A stretch of 64,000 bases of DNA from a virus: IMG/VR virus record IMGVR_UViG_3300035698_012898, positions 14,716-78,715 of that record; one strand, 5' to 3'. The notes under the pieces were generated by a model. That model was not told the DNA's origin. It was given only the letters and a program-made list of their open reading frames with translations, and searched no databases. The translations under genes and the position numbers were made by a program. Below are positions 43,615-54,850 of the stretch, in pieces. Numbering within the stretch: the stretch's first letter is position 1; the number at the start of each line of letters is the position of its first letter.

Positions 43615-44588
43615 GTAGGATTTTTAACCTTCCGCTTATAGTCCTTACAAAAAATAGAAGGACACGGACAATCCGCAGAATCCTGGCCACTACATTCTGT
43701 ATACTCACAGTCACTAATGCAAGTCGGACATTTACATGGCCGCCCTTTATATCTTCCTTCAGGCGGACATACCGACTCCGAAACCCGCACTTTTTCCATA
43801 GCTTCCTTGCAATCTCTTAATACCGCTAAGCCATCCCGAAGGTCAATAGGCCCGACCTCAAGCTCGATAATGCGGGCCTCTGCTTTGTCTAGCCTTGACC
43901 GCACTACTGGGGCCGTGTGAGTCTCTTCCCATTCCAACTCCTCAATACGGGCCTCCGCCTTCTCGGCGGGGGCCAGGGCCTCGTCGCGCTTGGCCTTCAT
44001 CTTCCAGTAGCCATCGCGCCACTCGTCACGCTTGGCCCCCGCCACGGTCAGCTTCGCCTGTAGTTCGTCGCGCTCAGTCTCCATCGCTTTCCGGGCTTCA
44101 TGATATGCAGCCCACCATCTGAAACACGCGGCCCCCGCCTTATTACACCCGGCCTTTGACACAGCCAACTTCTTGCGTGTATCCTCATACTTCCTGTACG
44201 ATGCAACACGAGCATCCACTAACGCACGCACCGCATCCGGCACAGACCTACCAGGTACAACCGCAAGAATATCACGCACCTCGGCTGTGATACTAGCAGC
44301 AGTCTGTTGCTCTTCGGCAAGCAGTGTTGCACACTGGTCAGGCTCAGTTTGTATATCATCTATACACCGCAAGCACATCCCACCACATGGAGTAGTGGTA
44401 AGGCAACCGCAGGCACGGCACACGGATACTACTTGTGGCACACCTGTGTATCCAGCACGTTCCTCACCCTCAATGCGATGCACATACAAGTCACCGGGCA
44501 TAATAAGACCACTAGGTAGGTTGCTTGACGTACCCGTAACCTTGTCTGACTCTCTTCTTAACTGCACCAGCATCCTTCTCCTTTTCAT
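43611..44588 (-). CDS. Hypothetical coiled-coil protein with Cys-rich ends
   Basis: CxxC clusters at both ends, heptad core. Confidence 0.6.
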   Translation of the reverse strand: MKRRRMLVQLRRESDKVTGTSSNLPSGLIMPGDLYVHRIEGEERAGYTGVPQVVSVCRACGCLTTTPCGGMCLRCIDDIQTEPDQCATLLAEEQQTAASITAEVRDILAVVPGRSVPDAVRALVDARVASYRKYEDTRKKLAVSKAGCNKAGAACFRWWAAYHEARKAMETERDELQAKLTVAGAKRDEWRDGYWKMKAKRDEALAPAEKAEARIEELEWEETHTAPVVRSRLDKAEARIIELEVGPIDLRDGLAVLRDCKEAMEKVRVSESVCPPEGRYKGRPCKCPTCISDCEYTECSGQDSADCPCPSIFCKDYKRKVKNPT

Positions 44589-44839
44589 TTTGCAAGCGGC
44601 TTATGCCACCTGCCATTTGCGTCCTGCTTGTATAGAAACGGCAATCCAATTATTTTATCGCAATGAACGCACTGCGCAGTCTCTTCTACCTCGCCGATAA
44701 CACAAGCGTCATATGCCGTACCCTGACCCGTTGCGGACTTTCCACTACCACGAAGTAAAGCTGCACCAAGGTTATCAATAATAACCTTCACAGGAGTACC
44801 TTCTGCCTCTACTGCAAGGACAAACATACGCCTTTTCAT
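44585..44839 (-). CDS. Hypothetical protein
   Basis: Overlap-coupled to both neighbours; CxxC. Confidence 0.55.
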   Translation of the reverse strand: MKRRMFVLAVEAEGTPVKVIIDNLGAALLRGSGKSATGQGTAYDACVIGEVEETAQCVHCDKIIGLPFLYKQDANGRWHKPLAK

Positions 44840-45432
44840 CCTAGTACCTCCTCTATACCTTCTTGTGCGAGCTGCGGAAATATCCGATTACTTGCTACCT
44901 CTTTGCCCCAAGCATCCCAACCTACTACCCGTTCCCTTGCAAACAACTCAATGCGTGGTACGTCTCCCATCAACTGCACAATACGGTCCCTAACCTCTGG
45001 AGGCTTAGCACCATGTGCTCCTAATGGCGCTTCCACCACCTGATGAACACTTGCGCTTACCCGCTTTGGGTGGCCATGTATTCCTAGCAAACAGTCTTCA
45101 GAATTTGCACGTGACCAGTTGCCCATACCCCAAGACAGCTTACCTGATACTGAGTTCTTCTTGACCCAATTAAACGCCTTCGTCTTGTACATGAACCCCC
45201 ACGCTTTCATAACCTCCAGACCAACCGGCAACATAGGCGGTGTAACCCACAAGAACAACACACAATCCTTTGCTGCAATCTCTCCTACGGGCAAAGCCTT
45301 TATGTCAGCCAACGGCATCGTCTCATACTTATACCCTACACCACGCTTTCCCGCATGACACTTGTCCCTGTAAATCCACGGAGGATCTGCATAGATGGCC
45401 TGGTATAACATATCAGGCACACCTCCTTTCAT
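44836..45432 (-). CDS. MT-A70 family N6-adenine methyltransferase
   Basis: IYADPPW, LFLWVT, WGF.YKT.AF.WVK, GMGNWSRANSE, H..KP, RIELFAR. Confidence 0.92.
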   Translation of the reverse strand: MKGGVPDMLYQAIYADPPWIYRDKCHAGKRGVGYKYETMPLADIKALPVGEIAAKDCVLFLWVTPPMLPVGLEVMKAWGFMYKTKAFNWVKKNSVSGKLSWGMGNWSRANSEDCLLGIHGHPKRVSASVHQVVEAPLGAHGAKPPEVRDRIVQLMGDVPRIELFARERVVGWDAWGKEVASNRIFPQLAQEGIEEVLG

Positions 45433-45556
45433 CTAATGTTTATCTGCTATTGACGCCCCAGTTATCCGTACCGTATCGATTATACGAACAGTATGATCGA
45501 TATTCCAATGAAATTCAAGAACCTCATACGAAAGACTAACCTTCTCAGCCACCAGC

Positions 45557-45907
45557 TTATCCTCCTCTTGCCTTCTTCCTTTTTCCTTGTATTTGATCAC
45601 CAATATCACTACGATAGAATGAGCGTTCTTTCTTGCTACTAGGCAACACCTGCTTCTCTTCCAGTACCTCACGACCATCTCGTAATGCCGTCAAGTAGGC
45701 CAAGGCATCTACTCTACCCATGCTCTGCACTTTTGTTGCGTCCCATTGAATACCGGCAGCACGTAACGCTGCATAGAGTTCCAAGAACACTGCGTCTGAG
45801 CCATCTTCTCTTACAACTATAGGAACCCACAAAGGCAGCAGCAGTATGACTGCTACAACTACCGCAAGAATAAGTCGAAAGATAGAACTTTTCATACTGT
45901 TACTCAC
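45557..45907 (-). CDS. Hypothetical membrane-anchored protein
   Basis: N-terminal TM helix, GGAGGTGA SD. Confidence 0.55.
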   Translation of the reverse strand: MSNSMKSSIFRLILAVVVAVILLLPLWVPIVVREDGSDAVFLELYAALRAAGIQWDATKVQSMGRVDALAYLTALRDGREVLEEKQVLPSSKKERSFYRSDIGDQIQGKRKKARGG

Positions 45908-45910
45908 CTC

Positions 45911-47810
45911 CTAACCGTCTTCATCTCTGACCACAGCCTGCGTATGCCGCCTGTACAAAACGTCTGGCTTCTCCGGTGGTCCCTCTACGACCATGACTTC
46001 CGTAACAGCCTTACCACCACAAGGATGCTTCGCGTACTTACCACTTAATCGGTCTATAGCATCTATGAACATTCGTCTTACAGCAGCCTTAGAAGATCCA
46101 GGTACAGAGTCAACCATTTCCACATGCACACCAAACGTAAGTGTATTCATCCGTCAGCTCCTCTTTGTGTAGCAGCAAGCGCCGCGATTCCTTTTGCAGA
46201 CAACACATAACCTGCAAGCCCTTCTGGGATACCACGTAAAGCGTAACACCGATCAAGATACCCTCGTTTCTCTGCTCGCACCACTATCCCTGGCGCTATA
46301 CTGTTCACTACGTTTTTGCCATTCCACAATACCGTTTCACCGAACGTACGTAAGGAGACGCGGCCAGTGCTATAGAAATACCAGGACGACCGGTTCCTGT
46401 GTCCCTTCTTCTTACGAAAAGGAATCTTTTTCTGTACAGCATGCTTCAACGGAATGTACAACAATATCTTGTGCTCACTCGCCTGGAGCATAGATAAAAA
46501 CCCGAACATTGTTTGGCTCAACACGTTATTGTACTCCTTCCTCTTTGACAACTACTGACACTTGTTCATGCACCTCGTTTACAAGACAAAGCATACCGGC
46601 TAACACGTCTTGCAACTCGTAAACCTTCCCGTCTTCTCCACACAACAATATACCACTCTGTTGCGCATCACTCCGATCCCAAGGCGCGACTTTAGTCCCC
46701 TCTATAAAAGCAGTGGGAACCTGCGTCTCAAACAGATACCAGATAGGCCCAGACGAAACAACCTGGGCATCCTGCACCTGTTGCTCTTGAACTGGGTGTG
46801 CGTGAAGCGAAAGACCACACAGCCGCTCTGCGTTACCTTGCCCAAGGAACCACCCTACGATAAAAGCAATTCCTGCAACAGGTATTATAAGCCAAGGGAT
46901 TCTCATACGTCACCTCCGTTCACTTGTTCGGAACGCCAATGCACGTCCCGTTGTCCTTGTGCTTCTCCAAGTATCCAGCATGACACTCCACAACCCCAGT
47001 CGTGCAATCATAGACCACAACGCCTGCACCACCATAGCTGATAAGCTCCCACCCGCCATCCTCTTTATGATGAGAAGGCGGCAAATCTGTCTCAATATTA
47101 ACAACGTTAAGTCCCTTATTGCCACCAACTATATCGTGACACGTCCCAATCAAACGTGCCATACTAGACCACGCCTCTCCAAAATGCATCCTAGGAACAG
47201 CTGAGTCTATCACGTCTAAAACAGCCGCCCCCATATATGCCATGAAGCAACCTACCTTGCAATATGCATCCCCGTTCTTCACTAACAGCAACACTGGATC
47301 TGGCATAACTCGTACCTCCTTCTTATTACTTGCTCATAGTCAATCATCCTCTTTGCTGCAACACCCATTCAAACGTAACCCACCCCCGCTAGATACTACA
47401 AGCCCCTCATAAGTTTCAGGCGTAACCCACTTCGTGTAGCCGCACATCGAACAGAAGTGCAAGCACTTTCCAAGGTAACAAATTCGCCGGATTAACCCAA
47501 AGGTTACTTCAATGAACGTACAAGGAAGTGTGTACCTTACTCGCACTAGCCCACCTTTACACCCATCTACTGGACACGATATTAAGCCACTCATCATCAT
47601 GTCTCCTTTTGTCCATTAGTTTTTCCCTTCATAGACATAATGCCACGTCCTGACTTCAGGTTCAAGTGCCCAAGCACGATGACTATGTGCTTCAGCATGC
47701 GCCTTTGCCTTTTCCCTTGAATAGAAGCCATCATGCTTCCAAGCACAATCATGACAGCCAGCTTCCCCACGGCCATTCCTCTCGCTTGTTTTTTTGACCT
47801 TAGCTCTCAT
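45911..47810 (-). other. Run of small hypothetical ORFs (45911-46150, 46147-46551, 46526-46906, 46920-47306, 47340-47600, 47616-47810)
   Basis: Tightly packed minus-strand ORFs, most with GGAG-type SDs; two have CxxC motifs. Confidence 0.55.
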
Positions 47811-47825
47811 TGTCCATCACCTCCC

Positions 47826-48842
47826 CTACTTACTCTCCCCACCCAACAACCCGTCAAACTTCGCCCACACCTTGGCGTTCACCTTTTCCGCGTACCTGAG
47901 CAATACACTTCCCTTGATAGAACGCACATGACACCCCGTCTTCTCCTGCTTAAACCGCAGTATACTAAGCCTGCACATCCGGTCAACGTTACTCGCACTG
48001 CATCCAAGAAGCACACCCGCCTCCCGCAGACTGTATCGCTTCTCCTTGTCAATGGATTCAATAGTGATGCTGCCTTTCAGCAGGTCAACTTCAATAGACT
48101 CGTCTGGAAAGTTCAAGTAGCATCCCTTGTCATACACCTTACGAGCAACCGCGTCATACACCAACGCAGCTTCCCTTTCTGTATCATGGTATCCAAACGA
48201 ATACAGGATACCCTTCACATGCAATATTGCACCCCATCTACTTGTAGGTGCATGCCACCTAATACCCTTGTAGCAACTCCGTGCGCCCTTCTCCGGATAC
48301 ATTGCACCTTCCTTGAGCACTCTCCTGTTCGCTTCGATGTATACTACGTCCGTCTTTCCAGGAAGATTCTGTGGAGCAAACTTACCCCACCGTTCCAGAG
48401 CAGCTACATCATATGCCATAGCTGCTGCACGTTCACTATTAAACGTTCCAAAACTCACCTGGGCCACATAAGCAGAGAACGTCCCAGCAGTGCACGCTTT
48501 ACGTACGCCACGATACTTGGAAGTCTTGTTCCTAACGTTTCCAATATGCTTGGCCCGAGCACAGCACTCAGCCTGCGTGCATGCCTGAAGATTCGCCCTA
48601 CGGTTGTTCAGAGTATCCCTGTCGCGATAAACAACAACCTTTCCTTTTGTGCAGCGCGCACCCAAAATAAGCCGCCCCATCCTTATAGTATGCCCATTCT
48701 CTTCCGTACAAGCATACGGCCTGTCCCGGTGCTTACCTTGTATCGCTACGTGCCAAGTGTACCCCGATAACCACAAGTAGTCAGCATCATCAACGTACGC
48801 GCAAAAACCTTTAGTCAACTTGATTTGCTTTGCCCTTACCAT
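47826..48842 (-). CDS. HNH-AP2-AP2-HTH protein with degenerate HNH
   Basis: HNH-like VVYRDRDTLNNRRANL; two AP2 repeats (SKYRGV...ERAAAMAYD; YKGIRW...EREAALVYD); C-terminal YSLREAGVLLG HTH. Confidence 0.8.
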   Translation of the reverse strand: MVRAKQIKLTKGFCAYVDDADYLWLSGYTWHVAIQGKHRDRPYACTEENGHTIRMGRLILGARCTKGKVVVYRDRDTLNNRRANLQACTQAECCARAKHIGNVRNKTSKYRGVRKACTAGTFSAYVAQVSFGTFNSERAAAMAYDVAALERWGKFAPQNLPGKTDVVYIEANRRVLKEGAMYPEKGARSCYKGIRWHAPTSRWGAILHVKGILYSFGYHDTEREAALVYDAVARKVYDKGCYLNFPDESIEVDLLKGSITIESIDKEKRYSLREAGVLLGCSASNVDRMCRLSILRFKQEKTGCHVRSIKGSVLLRYAEKVNAKVWAKFDGLLGGESK

Positions 48843-48857
48843 TGATCGTACTCCTCT

Positions 48858-49271
48858 TTAATTGCCTCGGATATCATTCCAAAGCGCCTCAAACTCTTCA
48901 TCCTCTAAACCTTCCTCATCGTCAACGCCCCACAAGCTATCTACCTGGTCATTTGATAGGACTGTATAGCCATTCTTACGATGATGCTCCAGATGGCAGT
49001 GATAACAAAGGAGAGAACACTTTGCAACCTCTGCCCTGAATACCCGCCAATTCCATTGCGTTGCATCTGAAATCCCCCTATACCGTGAATCTTTAGTCTT
49101 CTCATCTATGTGATGAAACTGGAGCTTCTTTGGATCGCTTTCACCACAGTTAATGCACTCCCCCCCGAGAGACTGAAGAGCCCACACTTTTCTTTCACGT
49201 CGGCGGGACCTTCTCTTTTCCAAGCCGTGTCTCTTAGCCGCTATGCTTCTCTCAGGCATTATTCCTCCCAC
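48858..49271 (-). CDS. HNH endonuclease
   Basis: GGECINCG...LQFHHID...KCSLLCYHCH. Confidence 0.8.
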   Translation of the reverse strand: MGGIMPERSIAAKRHGLEKRRSRRRERKVWALQSLGGECINCGESDPKKLQFHHIDEKTKDSRYRGISDATQWNWRVFRAEVAKCSLLCYHCHLEHHRKNGYTVLSNDQVDSLWGVDDEEGLEDEEFEALWNDIRGN

Positions 49272-49275
49272 AATG

Positions 49276-49542
49276 TTAATCGGTTGCTAAGACATAAATG
49301 TCCGTACACACAGGATCACTATGCAGTACTAGCCTACCTTTCTTAATAAGACTACACGCAGTATCTTTTGCTACTTCATAAAATGCGTCTGAAGCAAAGT
49401 CACTACACCCTGATACGTGCATAAAGGTCTCACGCGGCCCACCTCGGGCATCACGAAGACACCGTGAGATATGCCCACCCCTGACTGCAAGACGTTTCAA
49501 CAACGCCTTCTCACGTTTTGTCAATGCTTCTTCCTGCATCAC
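49276..49542 (-). CDS. Hypothetical protein
   Basis: Coupled ORF. Confidence 0.45.
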   Translation of the reverse strand: MMQEEALTKREKALLKRLAVRGGHISRCLRDARGGPRETFMHVSGCSDFASDAFYEVAKDTACSLIKKGRLVLHSDPVCTDIYVLATD

Positions 49543-50003
49543 CCCTCCCCTCTCTTCTTCCTTCCTTTAGAGATAGCATCACCATATCCAAGACGAGCCA
49601 ATAATTCATCTTCATCTACACACAATGTATCCAGCAGACTATACATAAGCCCACACTTATACTCACCTGCCAGCAAAGCTATCACAGGCTTCCCAAGGCC
49701 GGCGATGTATCCTGCTTCTAAGTGCGCGTCGTTTCCACAAGGCAATAACAAAACCAAGGCATCACACCACTGCAAGGCATCGAAGTTATGACTAAAGGCA
49801 GCTACCACCTTTGGGTGCTTTAACATACTACGGAAACGGGTCATCGTCCAACCACGCCAAGCATAGTCAACTTGATCCCAATCAAAAGCCGCTGCTTGCT
49901 CTCGGTAGGCGTACACCTCATGACCAGCCATCTTAAGTAAGTCAACGATACCCAAATACCCCTTACGGCTCTCCCACGATGATGATGCTACATAAATCTT
50001 CAT
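49539..50003 (-). CDS. Nucleoside 2-deoxyribosyltransferase-like protein
   Basis: MKIYVASS, DALQWCDALVLLLPCG..AHLEAGY..G.GKPV. Confidence 0.75.
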   Translation of the reverse strand: MKIYVASSSWESRKGYLGIVDLLKMAGHEVYAYREQAAAFDWDQVDYAWRGWTMTRFRSMLKHPKVVAAFSHNFDALQWCDALVLLLPCGNDAHLEAGYIAGLGKPVIALLAGEYKCGLMYSLLDTLCVDEDELLARLGYGDAISKGRKKRGEG

Positions 50004-50223
50004 AGCGCATCCTTTCCTACAACCAAGGTAACACGTATTCCGACACAAGACCACACAAAAAGCCGATGAGAAGCAACAGTACTGCTTGCTGCCCTCCACT
50101 CTTCCTCAGAATACAATACCCACCCTTATCAAAGCTATACGTCTTCATACAACGTACCTCCCAGAATCGTTTGTGTGCACCTGCAGTTTAACCGTGTCTC
50201 CGATTGTATGTCAGACGCGGATG

Positions 50224-50730
50224 CTACCCTTCCTCTTGCACACCATCCTTCTTTGCCTGATATCCACCAACAGGACCCGAAGAACGGAGTGAACAATGAG
50301 ATACCACGTAAGGCGTCTCCTCTTGTGCTTCTACCAACCAAGCAGACATACGTGCGATAGCCACACACAAACGGCCTATCAAGATAAGACCATCAATGTC
50401 TGGGAATGCCACTTCTACAGACTCTTGTAACAACTGGCCACGCATAGCCAACAACTTGCTAAGATGTTCTTCCGCATACCCGATAGAAACAATCTCCGGA
50501 CGCTTATCGTCAGAAGCCTCATTGTTAATCTCATCAACAACGTACTCCTCCTCCATGTACGCAATTCCATCCGTTCCTGGAATCGCTGCCCTTAAGTTTG
50601 GCGGGCTAAATGGGAACCGCACGAATACGTTACGCATCAAACTTCTCCTTCTCGGCTTCACGGAGCCCTGACCACACAACAACACACAACCCAACGATGA
50701 CGACAAAAGCCACAGCAGTTCTGCTTGCAC
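50224..50730 (-). CDS. Hypothetical protein, paralog of 50844..51341
   Basis: Shares EIVS...AEEHL..L.....QL and L.G.L..AIAR...WL. Confidence 0.55.
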   Translation of the reverse strand: MQAELLWLLSSSLGCVLLCGQGSVKPRRRSLMRNVFVRFPFSPPNLRAAIPGTDGIAYMEEEYVVDEINNEASDDKRPEIVSIGYAEEHLSKLLAMRGQLLQESVEVAFPDIDGLILIGRLCVAIARMSAWLVEAQEETPYVVSHCSLRSSGPVGGYQAKKDGVQEEG

Positions 50731-50843
50731 CTTCTACGTAATGCCACCATACTTCCAAGCGCAGCACTGCCGTCTTTGCCAAACTTACTTCCAATGCATT
50801 GTCCGCACAATGCTCTACAACACGCCCGATAACGTCCAACGCC

Positions 50844-51341
50844 TCATTCATCAGACTTCTCCTTCTGTGCATCAGATGCTAACCACATCTCCGTCCGCGC
50901 AATGGCTATAGACAACCAGCCCAGCAGAACCACATCAGCATATACTGGGATCGTCCCGTCCTCGAAGGCATCGCTATCAACGACATCTGCTAGTGTGCCT
51001 TCCATAGCGCTCTTTGCCAATTGGCTGTGTATAGTCACTAAGGCATCAAGATGCTCTTCTGCACGGGCAGAAGAAACAATCTCAGCACCGTGGAAAGTTA
51101 TAGCCACATTCTCATCGAGGTAATCGAATGGTGGCATGCCTGAAAACATTCCCTCACGATCTGGATACACTACAAACACTTTCTTCATATCAGGTCTCCT
51201 TCTTTTCTTTCCTAGTGTGTGCTCTTCGGCTATTAGGTGCTGCCATCGTGGACAACGTTTGCCGTCACGGCCCAATGAAATCCATAACCCTTTCTTCTGT
51301 AGATCCCTTAATCGCCTTGGGCATAGCACGAAGCATCTCAC
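50844..51341 (-). CDS. Hypothetical protein, paralog of 50224..50730
   Basis: Same shared motifs; true start probably MKKVFV. Confidence 0.55.
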   Translation of the reverse strand: MRCFVLCPRRLRDLQKKGLWISLGRDGKRCPRWQHLIAEEHTLGKKRRRPDMKKVFVVYPDREGMFSGMPPFDYLDENVAITFHGAEIVSSARAEEHLDALVTIHSQLAKSAMEGTLADVVDSDAFEDGTIPVYADVVLLGWLSIAIARTEMWLASDAQKEKSDE

Positions 51342-52113
51342 GGGCTTTCTCAGGCTGCTGCATTACAGGTGCAACAACCTCTCCCGTCTTTACCACAAGC
51401 ACGTTCTCATTCTCCAACGTAATCCGTAACGTCGTCTCGTCCTTTGTCGTCGCTTGTGCAACCGCCTGCACAAAGACAGGTATTGTTTCCCGTTCAAGTT
51501 TCGCCTCCACATGCTTTGCACGTATCGTAATCTTCATAGTTGTGATAGGTCCTTTATCCTCCCAGGCTATAATCCCGTTACTAAGGCCATCACCTACAAA
51601 AAACTTCTTTAAGTTGGACTCCCGTATCTGCTCATCAGATGCCTTTAGCTTTGCCACCTCTTCTTGCAGCGCCTTAATGTGCTTTATCAAAGCCCTACGT
51701 ACAGCTACGTGTTTTGCTTTCAAATCTGCAAATGCTTGATCATTCATTGCTGCCCTATCTTGCGCTGCCATGCTCTTGGTAACCCCTTGCTCCTTTATGC
51801 CGGCTTCTTGTTGTTCATCCAAAACATAGTGAGCACAGTTAGTAACTGGGCCTAAACCACTACACTGGCGAATCCCATCAACAAGCGTCTCGCCATGGCA
51901 AACAACACAATTAAAAGGTGGCGCACATGTCGCGCACTGACACTTCTTACCAGGGTGCTTACCTTCAGACGGACACACGCTATACCAAACTGGATCGTTT
52001 ACAATGCCCATAACAGCATCTACGTCTTTAGTAGCCTGCACAGCCGCCTTACCGATAGTAAGGACCGCATCCGTTGCTTTTTGTACCTTCTTAAGCTTAC
52101 CCCGAATAGTCAT
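51265..52113 (-). CDS. Hypothetical protein with Cys-rich region and coiled coil
   Basis: Long ORF preceded by AGGAG. Confidence 0.6.
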   Translation of the reverse strand: MTIRGKLKKVQKATDAVLTIGKAAVQATKDVDAVMGIVNDPVWYSVCPSEGKHPGKKCQCATCAPPFNCVVCHGETLVDGIRQCSGLGPVTNCAHYVLDEQQEAGIKEQGVTKSMAAQDRAAMNDQAFADLKAKHVAVRRALIKHIKALQEEVAKLKASDEQIRESNLKKFFVGDGLSNGIIAWEDKGPITTMKITIRAKHVEAKLERETIPVFVQAVAQATTKDETTLRITLENENVLVVKTGEVVAPVMQQPEKAREMLRAMPKAIKGSTEERVMDFIGP

Positions 52114-52707
52114 AACTCATGTCTCCTCAACATCTTCTATCTCTTGTGCTCCTGTATATCAGATCATGATGCCTCGATGTACACAAAAAGACACCGGTCT
52201 GAGGACCTAAACCTACGTCTTCTACAGGAATCTGGTGAACGCTACCGTATTTCCTCATAAGCAATCCTCTCCTTCAAATTATCTACCTCTAACAGCTAAA
52301 GCACAAATGATACCGAAGCATATGAACGTGCCCGCTAAATGACTTCCCATAAAAGCAAACACATTAATAATCATCCCTATCACTTCCCAGTTCGTCGGTA
52401 CCATAAGGCTTTCTCCTCATCTTCCTTTGATCATAACCGCTCAACTCCAGACTAAGTGCAGTGAGTAAAGCAACTATCAAACATAGAAATTCTATTCCAA
52501 ACGCGCAGATACAAAAGACCCACCAAAAGACACTAAGTAGCATCTGCCACCTCCTTATCTCTTTGTTACCCGCACAAGTATCCGCCGAAGCCACAAAGGT
52601 AACGCCTTTATCATAGCATTCCACAACCTTCGTATGCTTAAACCAAACTCACGCCATTCGTATAAGAACGTTCCTTTTGGATAGGAGTTCATATTCCTTT
52701 CCCCCTT

Positions 52708-52992
52708 CTAAAATTGGCCATAATACAGCGTACCACCTTCACGAAGCATCTCGCGGGCTTTCTTCTGTTGCTGCCATGTAAGCAGTGAAGCATCCCAAGA
52801 ATACTTGTACACCATTGCTGCCGCCTTTAATGCCCCTTCATAAGCATCTTGGCAAGACTTTGCACTACAAACAGCAGCAGAAAGGTGTAGCCGAGCATAC
52901 TTGCTATGCCCATGGCAGTCTGATATCTGATGCCATCGTAACGTCGTCTCGTCCTTTGTCATCCTTTTACCGCACACAACACATGGATTCAT
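52708..52992 (-). CDS. Small Cys-rich hypothetical protein
   Basis: CVVCG...CSAKSC; ATGA coupling to dnaN. Confidence 0.5.
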   Translation of the reverse strand: MNPCVVCGKRMTKDETTLRWHQISDCHGHSKYARLHLSAAVCSAKSCQDAYEGALKAAAMVYKYSWDASLLTWQQQKKAREMLREGGTLYYGQF

Positions 52993-54293
52993 AAGTCTTC
53001 CTCCTCTCCCCTGTTAAGGGCAGCGTAATCCTCACTTGCCTGCGCCTGCATACTCTGTACCCTCGCCGACTGCCACTGCTGAGATTCAAGAGTCGTTATA
53101 GGCATGATGCTGCTTACGTGCTCCTGTGTATCCTCCTCATAACAAGCACGCAAGCTGGCTGGCTTATCAGGGGCTTGTATAAGCATCAACACCTTAGCCG
53201 TCTCAGTATGCTTCAAGGCATCTAGTAAGTTCCCTGGAAAAACCGACGCAAACATATCCGCGTCTAATACGCCACTTTCAACAGGGATGGAGTCACTATA
53301 AACAGCGCTATCCTCTCCTGCCACCAAAAACAAGACGCCATCTTTCATTGAGCAGCGTACACCTAGACGTTCTTCTTTTGCCAACTTGGCCGCACGAGTT
53401 ACCGTCTCCTTAAACAAGGCAACGTCCAAAACTATACCCTCCTTACTATCAGGAATCTGCGCCATAGCATCATCCATCGGGAATTCCGCGTCTGTCAGCC
53501 TCCCAACTAGACGCCCTACACCAAAGGACACAGTGACGGCATTTGGCAAGCCTTCATTCGGCATACCTTTATCAATACGATGCACGTAAACCGTTACGTC
53601 ACCCTTTTCCTTGAGCACTCTAATAAGATCATGAACCATCTTGGGAGGGAGCAACATCCTAACTGTACCGTCATCTTTGCCTGGAGGAGCAACAACGTGC
53701 GTCTCCGACATGACGCTCAAAACCTTCCCAGTAGTTGCAGCTACAGTAATCCCCTCGTTCCGGACTTCTAACAATGAACCCCGAAACTTTTCAGGTCGAG
53801 TATCGTCCGCACACATAGCCCACACCGTTTGCTTCAGCAACCTCTTAAGCACGCTTTGTGGCATAGTAACCAACGGCAGGGCAGGGATAGCAGGGATTAT
53901 AGGAAAGTCTCTAACGTCAATAGTAGGCAGCATCACCTGCACACGCCCGCACGTTACGTCCAACGCCTTGTCATCCACTTCCTCCAGAACAAGATGAAAA
54001 TCTTTCGGCATAAGAGAAACAACTTCAAGCAACCTCTTTACCGGCACCAGCACAGATCCTTGCCGATCACAATTACACGCCGCCTGTTGAACACTAGTAA
54101 CCCGTAAGTCTGTAGTCGTCATGCTAACTACTGCCCAACCCTCCTCATCAGCCTTACCTTCAAGCAAGACACATTCGAGCACTGGTAAAGACCAATTTGT
54201 CTTTCTTTGTATTCCCCGTACCACCTCTTTCAACGCAGCTAAGACAGCTTTCCTTTGCTCTGGCGTTACGACTAACTTCATTCCATTCTTCAT
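52989..54293 (-). CDS. dnaN: DNA polymerase III beta sliding clamp homolog
   Basis: LPVLECVLLE, TTDLRV, GSVLVPVKRL, DFP.IP, AM..DDTRP, AATTGKVL, GRL.DAEFP, IMPI. Confidence 0.85.
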   Translation of the reverse strand: MKNGMKLVVTPEQRKAVLAALKEVVRGIQRKTNWSLPVLECVLLEGKADEEGWAVVSMTTTDLRVTSVQQAACNCDRQGSVLVPVKRLLEVVSLMPKDFHLVLEEVDDKALDVTCGRVQVMLPTIDVRDFPIIPAIPALPLVTMPQSVLKRLLKQTVWAMCADDTRPEKFRGSLLEVRNEGITVAATTGKVLSVMSETHVVAPPGKDDGTVRMLLPPKMVHDLIRVLKEKGDVTVYVHRIDKGMPNEGLPNAVTVSFGVGRLVGRLTDAEFPMDDAMAQIPDSKEGIVLDVALFKETVTRAAKLAKEERLGVRCSMKDGVLFLVAGEDSAVYSDSIPVESGVLDADMFASVFPGNLLDALKHTETAKVLMLIQAPDKPASLRACYEEDTQEHVSSIMPITTLESQQWQSARVQSMQAQASEDYAALNRGEEEDL

Positions 54294-54331
54294 GGTGTTC
54301 TATCTCCTATTCCATCGTTTACATCTTCATC

Positions 54332-54850
54332 CTACTTAGGCTTAATTACAGTCCAAGATGGTGTCCTAATAAGTCGCAATGCGCTAGCAGGGTAGAAATA
54401 CCACCCGCCAAGCTCATACGTCATATTGACAATTACAAACAAGTCTACATCTCCAGCTATTTGCCCGCGCCTAGCAGTCTGAAACTTTATTCCACTGAGC
54501 ATGACCATCATACGCCGTTGATTCGGCAATGGCCCTTTACGTACCTTACAAACACTATACATGTCAAAAGAATACTGGCCTAAGAAGGACTGTAGCTTGG
54601 CCTCTATGACATCGTGCAGCCACAAACCCCCAGTACTACCAGCTTTCACCATACCTGCCTGAACTAAACACCAAGACGGCTGTACATACAAGGCAAGGCT
54701 ATCAAACTTGCGGTCCTTCCACAAGTCCATTACCCGACGAAGTGCCTTCATTGGAGACGTGACCTTCGGCAAATCTGGATGCCACGGTTCTAACATCCCA
54801 ACATCGGACAATAGCGCCCTACGACCGAAGCGTTTTCGTTTTGCTCTCAT
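54332..54850 (-). CDS. Hypothetical protein
   Basis: AGGAGG SD, no motif recognised. Confidence 0.5.
   Translation of the reverse strand: MRAKRKRFGRRALLSDVGMLEPWHPDLPKVTSPMKALRRVMDLWKDRKFDSLALYVQPSWCLVQAGMVKAGSTGGLWLHDVIEAKLQSFLGQYSFDMYSVCKVRKGPLPNQRRMMVMLSGIKFQTARRGQIAGDVDLFVIVNMTYELGGWYFYPASALRLIRTPSWTVIKPK

Noticed and set aside
47733-48770. 345-aa plus-strand ORF
   Set aside because: Antisense shadow of the HNH-AP2 gene; no recognisable features
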